Origin: an uncultured Thalassotalea sp.
Lineage (GTDB): Bacteria > Pseudomonadota > Gammaproteobacteria > Enterobacterales > Alteromonadaceae
Length of the DNA: 62,269 bases
NCBI GenBank assembly: GCA_938075435.1
Contig: CALJHL010000127.1
Coordinates: 1 to 62,269 of the forward strand
Direction: 5' to 3'
In this document: positions 1 through 8,592 of the stretch, in pieces
Numbering within the stretch: position 1 is the first letter of the stretch
Layout: every line of letters begins with the position of its first letter
Translations under genes and position numbers: made by a program
Notes under the pieces: generated by a model
Told to the model about the DNA's origin: nothing
Seen by the model: the letters and a program-made list of their open reading frames with translations, nothing else
Databases searched by the model: none

Positions 1-127
1 AACTCGCTTATCACGACTGGTGTCGTGAAAGGCTTCAAGATCTATTTTTTGTTCAGGTGTTAGATTTACTTTTTTCATGAGGCATATCATGATCCTCATT
101 ATTGTATAAATCAAGCACCTTCATTGA

Positions 128-313
128 TCACGGGTATATAAGCTCGGATTTTGGCCTAGCTCAGTTTCTACATCTGATGGCGGTTTAGAAGCGGAAATTA
201 ATCTTTGGTTAGCGACAAAGCCTGAGATTGAAATCAAGAATATTGTTCAATCACAAAGTGGAGGTTCATAGTTACCGGCAACAGTCGTTGTAACTGTTTG
301 GTATCATTGCTGA
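128..313 (+). pseudogene. Degenerate small gene remnant (…GGLEAEINLWLATKPEIEIKNIVQSQSGGS*LPATVVVTVWYHC) with in-frame TAG
   Basis: Manual translation; protein-like frame continues through TAG at 269-271 (plausibly from TGG) to TGA at 311-313; no start codon found. Confidence 0.35.
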
Positions 314-493
314 TGCTTTTAGTGATATTTATCCCCCGTTGGTTTAAAGGGCTGTCTGTTGTTTTCGGTATTTACTCAATCGCAGTTCTCTATTTGACTG
401 TTTAATACGGAGTTTTTGACCGCAATATTTCGTAAAAAAAGAAATAAGAATGCGTCATGTAAATAAGGTAAAATACATGCTTATTGATATTGG

Positions 494-799
494 ATGAGGA
501 GCATTAATATTAACAATGACTCAGAAACACAAATTACCTGTTCAAGCTGTCACGCATGCTGCTGTCGTTTAGAGGTTATGATTATTTCTGATACCGGTGT
601 TCCTGATGAACATATTGCTGTCGATAAATGGGGTGGCGAAACTATGTTGCGATTAGAGGACGGTTGGTGCTCAGCTTTAAATCGTGATAACCACATGTGT
701 ACGATTTATGAAAATCGCCCTTGGAATTGCCGAGAATTCGAAATGGGTTCTTATGAATGCAAAGTTGAAAGAGCGATACCGATAGTTATTTCTTACTAA
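494..799 (+). CDS. YkgJ-family (CxxCxxCC) cysteine-cluster protein
   Basis: CSSCHACCC, C..L....CTIYENRPWNCREF motifs. Confidence 0.85.
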   Translation: MRSININNDSETQITCSSCHACCCRLEVMIISDTGVPDEHIAVDKWGGETMLRLEDGWCSALNRDNHMCTIYENRPWNCREFEMGSYECKVERAIPIVISY

Positions 800-811
800 A
801 TATTTTAGACC

Positions 812-1030
812 TTAACGGTAATTGATAAGAGTAATTGTCGACGAATCTGCCAGTGCGCCTACGTCATAACCTTCTTCTAATAAATTCACCACGCGGTCTA
901 AAAATACAGTTTTTACATTTGTATTAGGGTAGGCGTTTAAATAATCTAAACTCGAAGACAATACATATTGTTGCCCGAATAGTACCGGCGCGGTTACGCT
1001 AATATTACCTTGTGATGTTCGGCAATTGCG
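812..1030 (-). pseudogene. Fragment of LysR-type regulator substrate-binding domain (CrgA-like)
   Basis: Manual minus-strand translation: GNISVTAPVLFGQQYV…YLNAYPNTNVKTVFLDRVVNLLEEGYDV-GALADSS; no start codon, no HTH, apparent short internal deletion after DV. Confidence 0.75.
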
Positions 1031-1111
1031 TTAATACTAAAAACAAACTGGCACATTGATGCCGAGTGGCGAGTCCATATCATTCGCTAGGCTGGTAAAT
1101 ACGGTTCGGGA

Positions 1112-2215
1112 GTGGAGTTAACGAATATGCCTGAAAAAAATCTATCAATTTTTGAGCGATATCTAACCGTATGGGTTGTACTTTGCATTGTCGGCGGCAT
1201 ACTTTTAGGTAAAATAGCGCCGGATGTGGCAACGACTCTGAATGATTTTTCCATTTATCAGGTATCCATTCCTATTGCGGTGTGTTTGTTTTTTATGATG
1301 TTTCCGATCATGGTAAAAATAGATTTCGCGCATGTGCTTAAATCAGCGAAAACGCCAAAGCCGGTAATTATTACCCTCTTTATTAATTGGGCAATTAAAC
1401 CCTTTAGTATGTTGGCAATATCTTACTTTTTTTTAGGGTATTTATTTAGAGACTTCCTACCAGGTACCGAAATACTGCCGAGTGGCGAAGAGGTGGAATT
1501 GTGGAGAAGTTATATTGCCGGCACCATTTTGCTTGGTATTGCGCCGTGTACTGCGATGGTTTTAATGTGGGGCCACCTATCTAAAGGTAACGATGGATTA
1601 ACACTGGTGATGGTTGCTATCAATTCACTGTTGATGCTTTTACTTTATGGCCCCTTGGGTAGTTTATTACTCAATGTTAACTCTATGCCGGTACCTTGGC
1701 AAACTATGGTGCTCTCTGTCTCAATTTATGTTGCCTTGCCATTGGTTGCTGGCTACTTCTCAAGAAAATTAATTATTAAAAGAAAAGGTATGGTGTGGTT
1801 TACCGAAAAATTTCTGCGCTGGTTAACACCGGTCAGTATTTCGGCTTTATTAATCACCCTAGTATTACTCTTTTCATTTAAAGGTGAAGTTATTATTGCC
1901 AACCCACTAACCATCCTATGGATAGCAATTCCACTATTAATACAAACAGTCTTTATATTCGCTTTGGGTTATTTTGTATTTTCTAAATGGTTTAAGCTGT
2001 CTTATCAAGATGCGGCACCGGTATCACTGATTGGCGCTTCCAATCACTTTGAGGTTGCAATAGCCACCGCCATTATCTTGTTTGGCTTATCTTCTGGCGC
2101 CGCATTAGCGACAGTTGTTGGGGTTTTAATTGAAGTGCCGCTAATGCTAATGTTGGTTGCTTTATGCAAACGAACTTCTTATATGTTTGCTAGTGAACCG
2201 GCAAAACAAACCTAA
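1112..2215 (+). CDS. acr3: ACR3-family arsenite efflux transporter (likely start ATG 1127)
   Basis: [53 protein letters not shown] motifs. Confidence 0.92.
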   Translation: MELTNMPEKNLSIFERYLTVWVVLCIVGGILLGKIAPDVATTLNDFSIYQVSIPIAVCLFFMMFPIMVKIDFAHVLKSAKTPKPVIITLFINWAIKPFSMLAISYFFLGYLFRDFLPGTEILPSGEEVELWRSYIAGTILLGIAPCTAMVLMWGHLSKGNDGLTLVMVAINSLLMLLLYGPLGSLLLNVNSMPVPWQTMVLSVSIYVALPLVAGYFSRKLIIKRKGMVWFTEKFLRWLTPVSISALLITLVLLFSFKGEVIIANPLTILWIAIPLLIQTVFIFALGYFVFSKWFKLSYQDAAPVSLIGASNHFEVAIATAIILFGLSSGAALATVVGVLIEVPLMLMLVALCKRTSYMFASEPAKQT

Positions 2216-2221
2216 CAATAT

Positions 2222-2620
2222 TTAGCGGCTTGCTGGGCGACTATCAATCATTAATAAATCTAGCGTTATTTGCGCTTGCTTAGGTTTTTGTAAGTCGATT
2301 GCTTCGATCATTTCGCATTCATCTCTAACCATTTCAGCAATAAGGCTAGGATAATGACGACAGTCTTCTGGCCTATTTAGGTAAATGCCGCAGGTATATT
2401 TAGTTGCACTAAGCTCGTGCTTTTTAGGCTCAACTTGCAGAAATGGACACCTCTTGAGTCTAACGCCTGATTCAGGGTCAAACCATATCTCATCGTTTTT
2501 AACAAATTTGAATATGTCTGGTTGAAATATTTCCCATAGCTCAATTTCTTCGGTTGTCGCCGAAAGATCGCCACCACCGTATTTGATGCAACACTTACCG
2601 CATTGATTACAATCTTTCAT
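2222..2620 (-). CDS. YkgJ-family cysteine-cluster protein
   Basis: CNQCGKCC, CPFL, CGIYLNRPEDCRHYP. Confidence 0.85.
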   Translation of the reverse strand: MKDCNQCGKCCIKYGGGDLSATTEEIELWEIFQPDIFKFVKNDEIWFDPESGVRLKRCPFLQVEPKKHELSATKYTCGIYLNRPEDCRHYPSLIAEMVRDECEMIEAIDLQKPKQAQITLDLLMIDSRPASR

Positions 2621-2774
2621 AGTTCGCCAAGTTAATAGAGGTGCGATATCCTAGTGTAGCATTGATATTATCTTGAGATCATAGTCTGTTATAATTGGCA
2701 TTGCCGAATTCAGTCGACAAAAATAACTTGTTCGAAAAATACTGTTAAGCATTACATGATAAGCAAAGGAGAGT

Positions 2775-3317
2775 TTGGTGAGTTACGATGATGTTTTATC
2801 CTTTTGGTTCAGTGAAATAGACCCCGCTAAATGGTGGGTTAAAGATGTTAACTTTGACCGAATGATCACTGATAGGTTTGCAACTTTGCATGAACAAGCA
2901 AACCATTGCGAATTGTTTTCTTGGCGAGACTCCGCGAAGGGGCGCTTAGCTGAGATTATTGTTTTAGACCAATTCTCGAGAAATATATTTAGGGATACAC
3001 CTAAAGCCTTTGCCTCTGATAAATTAGCTTTAGCACTTGCGCAACAGGCTATCTCTTTAGGTAAAGATGCTGAGCTAAGTGCCAGCCAACGAAGCTTTAT
3101 GTATATCCCCTATATGCATAGCGAATCATTAATAATTCATGATATTGCTTTGCAGTTGTATAAAAATAATGGACTTGAATCTAACTTAGATGCCGAAATA
3201 AGGCATAGAGATATCATTGCTAGGTTCGGCAGATATCCCCACAGAAATTCGATTTTAAATCGTACTTCAACCTCGGCCGAACTAGAATTTTTACAACAGC
3301 CGGGTTCGGCGTTTTAA
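2775..3317 (+). CDS. DUF924 family protein
   Basis: VLSFWF, LAEIIVLDQFSRNIFR, YMHSE, RFGRYPHRN, FLQQPGSAF. Confidence 0.9.
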   Translation: MVSYDDVLSFWFSEIDPAKWWVKDVNFDRMITDRFATLHEQANHCELFSWRDSAKGRLAEIIVLDQFSRNIFRDTPKAFASDKLALALAQQAISLGKDAELSASQRSFMYIPYMHSESLIIHDIALQLYKNNGLESNLDAEIRHRDIIARFGRYPHRNSILNRTSTSAELEFLQQPGSAF

Positions 3318-3368
3318 TTGTCGATAATTTTAGCCTGTTAATGAGGCATAAGTAATAATCAAACCGAG

Positions 3369-3833
3369 GTGTTAATGGATATTCGAATTGGCGAGTTAGA
3401 TAATGAAAACATCATTTTGTTGTTAAAAGAGCATCACGCCGATATGCTTTTACATTCACCAGAAGCAAGTGTTCATGCTTTAGACCTAACCGCTCTGGCG
3501 GCGCCAGAAATAACGTTTTGGAGTGTCTGGATCGACAACACTTTAGCCGGTTGTGGCGCATTAAAAGAACTGGATAAAGATCATGCTGAAATTAAGTCTA
3601 TGCGTACCTCTAGTCATCACCTGCGCAAAGGTGTGGCTGGTAAATTGTTAGAGCATATTATTAACCAAGCTGGTATTAGATCATATAAAAAGCTAAGTTT
3701 AGAAACTGGAACCATGCCAGTATTTCAACCGGCACAAAAATTGTACCAACAGTTTGGCTTCGAACTATGTCCGCCGTTTGGTCATTATCGAGAAGACCCA
3801 TACAGTCAATTTATGAGCAAAGTTATTGAGTAA
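3369..3833 (+). CDS. GNAT family N-acetyltransferase (YsnE-like)
   Basis: SVHALD, GCGALKEL, EIKSMRT, LRKGVA, LSLETG motifs. Confidence 0.9.
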   Translation: MLMDIRIGELDNENIILLLKEHHADMLLHSPEASVHALDLTALAAPEITFWSVWIDNTLAGCGALKELDKDHAEIKSMRTSSHHLRKGVAGKLLEHIINQAGIRSYKKLSLETGTMPVFQPAQKLYQQFGFELCPPFGHYREDPYSQFMSKVIE

Positions 3834-3847
3834 TACCTTAGCTAAAA

Positions 3848-4324
3848 ATGAGTAGAATCATGATCGAAATTAGACAGTATCAAGCCGGTGAAGAAATTCA
3901 GTTGTGGGACATATTTTTCACGACGATTAGAAACATTAATATTAAAGACTATTCAGTAGAGCAAGTGCAAGCCTGGGCTCCTGATGATTATCAACAAATT
4001 GAATGGACTAAGCGTATCCAGAAAATAAATCCTTATGTCGCTTTAATTGAAAATAAAGTAGTTGGCTACGCCGATGTACAAAAGGATGGATATGTCGATC
4101 ACTTTTTTTGCCATTGGCAGTGCCAAGGTCAAGGCGTTGGTCGCTTGTTGATGCAAACCCTGTTTAAAAAAGCAGAGCAACAACAACTTAAGCGTTTATA
4201 TTCGCAGGTCAGCATTACCGCCAGGCCATTCTTTGAGTATTTTGGCTTTACGGTTATTAAAGAGCAACAAGTTACTATTCGCGGACAAATACTTACAAAT
4301 TTTGTTATGGAAAAGCTTGCATAA
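3848..4324 (+). CDS. GNAT family N-acetyltransferase (YafP-like)
   Basis: DYSVEQVQAWAP, DHFFCH..QGQGVG, VSITARPFF, LTNFVMEK. Confidence 0.9.
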   Translation: MSRIMIEIRQYQAGEEIQLWDIFFTTIRNINIKDYSVEQVQAWAPDDYQQIEWTKRIQKINPYVALIENKVVGYADVQKDGYVDHFFCHWQCQGQGVGRLLMQTLFKKAEQQQLKRLYSQVSITARPFFEYFGFTVIKEQQVTIRGQILTNFVMEKLA

Positions 4325-4429
4325 ATTTAACTTGCGAGGCATTTTAACGGATAATAGAATGTCGTCTCGGCTCGTCGTTTAATTTGGTTGTTGCTAATTA
4401 CACCAGGCAACTTTTTAAGGAAATATATT

Positions 4430-4651
4430 GTGCAAGACGTAAATACTGTTAACCCGAGTAATTGCCCGTTATGCAATGGCGATAATGCTTGTTTTAATTT
4501 GTCTGATAAGGATGAACAAGCTTGTTGGTGTAAAAATCCGGACCTTAAATTTCCAGAAAGCTTATTAAAAAAAATCCCTGAACAAGCTAAAAACAATGCC
4601 TGTATTTGCCAAGCTTGCGTTTTAGCCCATCAGAAAGCGATAAATAATTAA
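4430..4651 (+). CDS. Cysteine-rich CWC family protein (start GTG 4430 after AAGGA)
   Basis: CPLCNGDNAC…CWC…CICQAC pattern. Confidence 0.8.
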   Translation: MQDVNTVNPSNCPLCNGDNACFNLSDKDEQACWCKNPDLKFPESLLKKIPEQAKNNACICQACVLAHQKAINN

Positions 4652-4688
4652 GGTTTAGTGTTTTATGAGTGCAGGGTAGGAAGTAGCA

Positions 4689-5009
4689 ATGCAATTACGG
4701 AATTTAATTAATATTGGTATGTTAATGCTAATTTCATTGAGGGTTGGTGCTGCTGAGTCAGAACAAACCAATATAACGAATGTTATTTCCAAGCAAGAGT
4801 TTTCCTTATATAAAGACGTCGGCGACTTTATTGATAAATCACCGAAAGTAACGATTACCGTGCCCGCCGAGCAAAGTGATATAGCAACTTATGGTGACGT
4901 GGTGATGAAAACCCTCACCGGCTCTGATTGTGACAGAGACGGCAAAATGGACGACAATCAAACATGTAATGCCGTTTACTTAACGCTGTGGTTGCAGTAC
5001 GAACGCTAA
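4689..5009 (+). CDS. Secreted hypothetical protein with DxDxDG motif
   Basis: N-terminal signal peptide, AGGA SD, DCDRDGKMDD. Confidence 0.7.
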   Translation: MQLRNLINIGMLMLISLRVGAAESEQTNITNVISKQEFSLYKDVGDFIDKSPKVTITVPAEQSDIATYGDVVMKTLTGSDCDRDGKMDDNQTCNAVYLTLWLQYER

Positions 5010-5088
5010 ATTACCCTAAACTAAATAGCACCCCGGTTGCTGGCGTTACCTAGTTTACATGAATTAATAAACATTTAAGGAAAGTAGT

Positions 5089-5490
5089 ATGTCCAAATTT
5101 ATCTTATCGGCAGTTATTTTATTATCTTTATCATTTGCAATTAATGCCGATGAAACTGACACGTTAACGGTTGATCGTTTTGTCAGCAATAATCTCGAGC
5201 TTGCCTTTCCAAATGATAGAAATATTACGCCTAAATCGAGTGAATTTTCCTTACTTAACTATGTGCTTATGAGCAATGAACTCGGTGAACGCTGGGCGGT
5301 CATCACCTTAACAAATACTTCTTCAGGTAGCCGAGTACTAATGCATGAACATTTAATGGCTTTATTTGCCAATGGCAAAAGACAAGCGCCGTTGGCGTTT
5401 AAATTAAGCTTCGAAGGCGATGAAACGAAATCTATTACCGTTTCATTTGGCGACAGTAAGTTCCCAATTTTAGCAATAAACACTGGGTAA
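5089..5490 (+). CDS. Secreted hypothetical protein
   Basis: AAGGA SD; signal peptide ending AINA. Confidence 0.7.
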   Translation: MSKFILSAVILLSLSFAINADETDTLTVDRFVSNNLELAFPNDRNITPKSSEFSLLNYVLMSNELGERWAVITLTNTSSGSRVLMHEHLMALFANGKRQAPLAFKLSFEGDETKSITVSFGDSKFPILAINTG

Positions 5491-5634
5491 CATTGCTGGC
5501 GGGATTAAAGAATAACCTGGTGTTTATGATTTGTTGCTTGCTACCTCTTTATCAACAAATATCACATTTTTAATTCACTAAAGGCAAAAAGCTCTTAGCA
5601 CCCTAGTGGTACGAATATAATCTATCGAGACAAT

Positions 5635-5919
5635 ATGACTGATGCCGAAAAACAACAAATAATTGCCGACAGCTGGCTTACTCACCAGCGTGTTGAACAA
5701 AGCTACCTGAATAATTTAGCAGTGGCAGGCGATGACCAATGGTTAGAAAAACAACGGATATTGTTGGCCGATATGGCGCTGCATTTGTTGCAAACGGCAT
5801 TAACTCCTGGCCCGTTAAATGATGATAAATTAAGAAATAATATTTATTCTATTTTAACTATTGCGGATCAATTTTTACCCGAAGCCGAACTGGCAAACGC
5901 CAAGCAAAAAATATTTTAA
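5635..5919 (+). CDS. Hypothetical protein
   Basis: 94-aa ORF co-oriented with neighbours, normal composition. Confidence 0.65.
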   Translation: MTDAEKQQIIADSWLTHQRVEQSYLNNLAVAGDDQWLEKQRILLADMALHLLQTALTPGPLNDDKLRNNIYSILTIADQFLPEAELANAKQKIF

Positions 5920-5962
5920 CTCACCCTCGTTGAGCGTCTGTTGCAGCGATAAAAATTAAGGA

Positions 5963-6115
5963 ATGCAGGCATTGGTTAATGGCTTTCTCGTTGGTTCTTA
6001 TTGGGCTCAAGGTTTTCCTGAGCAAACCGTACAACGGACCATCGACAATTCGTTGTGCTTTGGGGTGTTTTTATTCTCCAACAACATCATCCCCCCCGAG
6101 GTTTCTAAACGCTAA
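5963..6115 (+). pseudogene. Truncated GNAT acetyltransferase (N-terminal fragment)
   Basis: Manual translation MQALVNGFLVGSYWAQGFPEQTVQRTIDNSLCFGVF…; the SYWA..I/FP..V...I.NSLCFGV pattern is typical of a GNAT subfamily; ends after 50 aa with TAATG overlap into the next gene. Confidence 0.65.
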
Positions 6116-6522
6116 TGAATAAATTAATTACCTTGCTGGCGCTCAGTTTTTTTGGCTTTATCCTGTGGGTTATTTATTTAGCCAATACCGGACAAAGTAG
6201 TGTGTTTTTTCAGTTAATTGGTCAGCTACCTTATGGTGATAAAATTGGTCACTTGTTGTTGTTTGGCTTACTCACCCTAGTTGCCAATTTTGCGTTAAGG
6301 CTAGCAACGGTTAAGTTAGGTGTGCTTAATGTTTATTGGGGGGCATTATTGGTGTCTTTATTTGTTGTTATTGAAGAAAGTAGCCAGTATTTTATTCCGC
6401 AGCGTACCTTCGACGCTGGCGATCTTCTCGCCGATGGCTGCGGCATTTTATTGTTTTGTCTACTGACCAAATCGCTAAGTAATACCAGACTTGGCATAAA
6501 ATTATTTAACGTGGCAAATTAA
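6115..6522 (+). CDS. VanZ family membrane protein
   Basis: DKIGHLLLFG, EESSQYFIPQRTFDAGDLLAD. Confidence 0.85.
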   Translation: MNKLITLLALSFFGFILWVIYLANTGQSSVFFQLIGQLPYGDKIGHLLLFGLLTLVANFALRLATVKLGVLNVYWGALLVSLFVVIEESSQYFIPQRTFDAGDLLADGCGILLFCLLTKSLSNTRLGIKLFNVAN

Positions 6523-6639
6523 ATCAGTAAATTACTCATTATGGTTATTATTTTTAGCGCAATCGTTCGTTAATTATTACGGTTAGTCTACAATTAAATC
6601 ATTCTATTAATTAACAGCAAGCATCAAAATGGAGAGGTT

Positions 6640-7017
6640 ATGATCGACTTTAAAAACTCATCGGTATTTAAACTAAAGCCCATCGACATTGACAAAGCTC
6701 GAGATGATTTTAGTAAATTTTTAATTGACGGTGAAGCCATTTTTGCGGTCTTTAAAACCATTCGCGATCAAGTGGTCTTTACCAATAAGCGAATTATTGC
6801 CGCCAATGTTCAAGGCATTACCGGCTCAAAGGTAGACTACACCTCGATCCCTTTTAGTAAAATTCAAACGTTTTCAATAGAAACCACAGGTACATTGGAT
6901 TTAGATTGTGAAATACAAATCTATATTAGTGAGGTTGGCATGGTGTCTTTTGAAATTAGCGGTAGTTTTGATATTGTTGGTTTTAATCAAATGATCAGCC
7001 GATATGTACTAGCTTAA
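6640..7017 (+). CDS. Bacterial PH-domain protein
   Basis: RDQVVFTNKRII..NVQGITG.KVDYTSIPF..I..FSIET.G..DLD. Confidence 0.85.
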   Translation: MIDFKNSSVFKLKPIDIDKARDDFSKFLIDGEAIFAVFKTIRDQVVFTNKRIIAANVQGITGSKVDYTSIPFSKIQTFSIETTGTLDLDCEIQIYISEVGMVSFEISGSFDIVGFNQMISRYVLA

Positions 7018-7042
7018 AGATGGATTTATTGGTGCTAATGAA

Positions 7043-8062
7043 ATGGATATTGTTATAAATAATCAACAAGTGGCTAAAACCTCGCTAGGCTTTTTCCCAA
7101 CGCCTTTAGTCGAACTTCGCCGGCTTAACGATGCCTTAGGCGGCGCTAATATATATATTAAACGCGACGATATGACGGGTTTGGCGCTGGGTGGCAATAA
7201 AACCCGTAAGCTAGAATACATTCTTGGCGATGCCTTAGCCCAAGGTTGCGATACCATAATTACCGCTGGCGCCGCGCAGTCAAATCATTGTCGGCAAACT
7301 GCGGCGGCTGCGGCATTTTTAAACCTTGAATGCCATTTATTACTCGGTGGTGAACAACCCGCTAAAGCCGAAGGTAATTTATTGCTAGATAATATTTTTG
7401 GCAGCCACATTCATTGGAGCGGTGAAAACCGTAAGGGTGAAAATATCCCGCAAGTATTTGCCGAGCTAAGTGCCGCCGGTAAAAAACCATACATTGTGCC
7501 TTATGGTGGTTCTAATGAATTGGGGGCGTTAGCATTTATTGATGCGGTAGAAGAGTTGCGTAACCAATGCCAAGAGCAGCAGTTTAGTCATATTGTTTTT
7601 GCATCCAGCTCTGGCGGTACCCATGCCGGGTTAATTCTCGGTAAGCACTTATTTAAGCAAGACTTCGAACTGGTTGGTATCAATATAGATAAAGATGAAC
7701 ACGGCCAACTGCCCTTCGCTGCGCATATTGTGCAATTGGTGAATCGCACTGCCAAATTGCTGGCAATAGACTTTAATTTTACTGAGCAGCAACTGCTTTT
7801 AAATTCTAATTACATTGGTGACGGTTATGGGGTTATTGGTACCTTGGAAAATGAAGCGATTGCTTTAACTGCGCAGCTCGAAGGTATTTTATTGGATCCT
7901 GTTTATACCGGCCGAGCAATGGGGGCGTTAATTGATATGATCCGTACCGGCCAGATCAGCAAAACCGACAAGGTGTTATTTTGGCATACTGGCGGAGCGC
8001 CGGCGTTATTCGCCTATGGCGAAGGTTTACAATTACCACCAAGGCGCAACCATAGCCGGTAA
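7043..8062 (+). CDS. dcyD: PLP-dependent D-cysteine desulfhydrase / ACC deaminase family protein
   Basis: KRDD…GGNKTRKLEY, QSNH, SSGGT, LLDPVYTG, FWHTGG. Confidence 0.85.
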   Translation: MDIVINNQQVAKTSLGFFPTPLVELRRLNDALGGANIYIKRDDMTGLALGGNKTRKLEYILGDALAQGCDTIITAGAAQSNHCRQTAAAAAFLNLECHLLLGGEQPAKAEGNLLLDNIFGSHIHWSGENRKGENIPQVFAELSAAGKKPYIVPYGGSNELGALAFIDAVEELRNQCQEQQFSHIVFASSSGGTHAGLILGKHLFKQDFELVGINIDKDEHGQLPFAAHIVQLVNRTAKLLAIDFNFTEQQLLLNSNYIGDGYGVIGTLENEAIALTAQLEGILLDPVYTGRAMGALIDMIRTGQISKTDKVLFWHTGGAPALFAYGEGLQLPPRRNHSR

Positions 8063-8117
8063 TTGCCATGGTGATGGTTTTGCATATATTAACTAATGCT
8101 GTAAATAAGGAAGATCT

Positions 8118-8336
8118 TTGCTGATAAAATTTAATGTCTTTGGCAAATTAATGTCAATTAGGCAACAAGATAATCAATGGCTGCTATATAACGAGTCTGA
8201 CACTGGCTTGCGCAGTCGTGTTTATGATGTTGTTATTCCTGAAGATTTACAAATAAGCGACTTGTGTCGATATCTTGATGATATTTACCATGAGCATTCC
8301 AGTGCTAAATACCCAAGGGTGCAACAGTTGAGTTAA
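8118..8336 (+). CDS. Small conserved-looking hypothetical protein
   Basis: AAGGA SD, TTG start; FNVFG…YLDDIYHE. Confidence 0.65.
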   Translation: MLIKFNVFGKLMSIRQQDNQWLLYNESDTGLRSRVYDVVIPEDLQISDLCRYLDDIYHEHSSAKYPRVQQLS

Positions 8337-8339
8337 GCC

Positions 8340-8422
8340 AGGGACGAATTAGCTTGGAATTACCACGGATGGTTCAAATTGAGTTAATTCAGGGAAAATT
8401 TATGCAAATTATTAGGGATGGT
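8340..8422 (+). repeat. Cluster of four ANGGA motifs in short hairpins
   Basis: ANGGA at 8340, 8365, 8391, 8414; ACCA-CGGA-TGGT is a clean stem-loop, the others are weaker. Confidence 0.5.
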
Positions 8423-8461
8423 TTTAGCTTTGTAAATTGTTATCCTCACCCGATAAGTTGA

Positions 8462-8518
8462 TGAATACGTATGTATAAAAGCAGTTATGTCGGCAGCAAG
8501 GTTTTGAATACGTATGTA
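8462..8518. promoter_or_regulatory. Two copies of near-palindromic operator TGAATACGTATGTA upstream of pullulanase (LacI/MalR-type, inferred)
   Basis: Identical 14-mers at 8462-8475 and 8505-8518; same motif recurs upstream of glgP. Confidence 0.75.
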
Positions 8519-8592
8519 ATGGCTGTTTATTATTTATACTTTTAACTTAGCATTGATGTTAACCAAAATTACAATAAAAAAGGTCAACCTTA

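Noticed and set aside
1060-1488. 13-bp direct repeat TGCCGAGTGGCGA (1060 and 1476)
   Set aside because: Second copy is inside acr3 coding sequence and nothing mobile is bracketed; probably chance
4323-4385. Possible attC site (ATTTAAC…GTTTAAT)
   Set aside because: R' box does not fit GTTRRRY and no L boxes are seen; better explained as a GGA-loop hairpin
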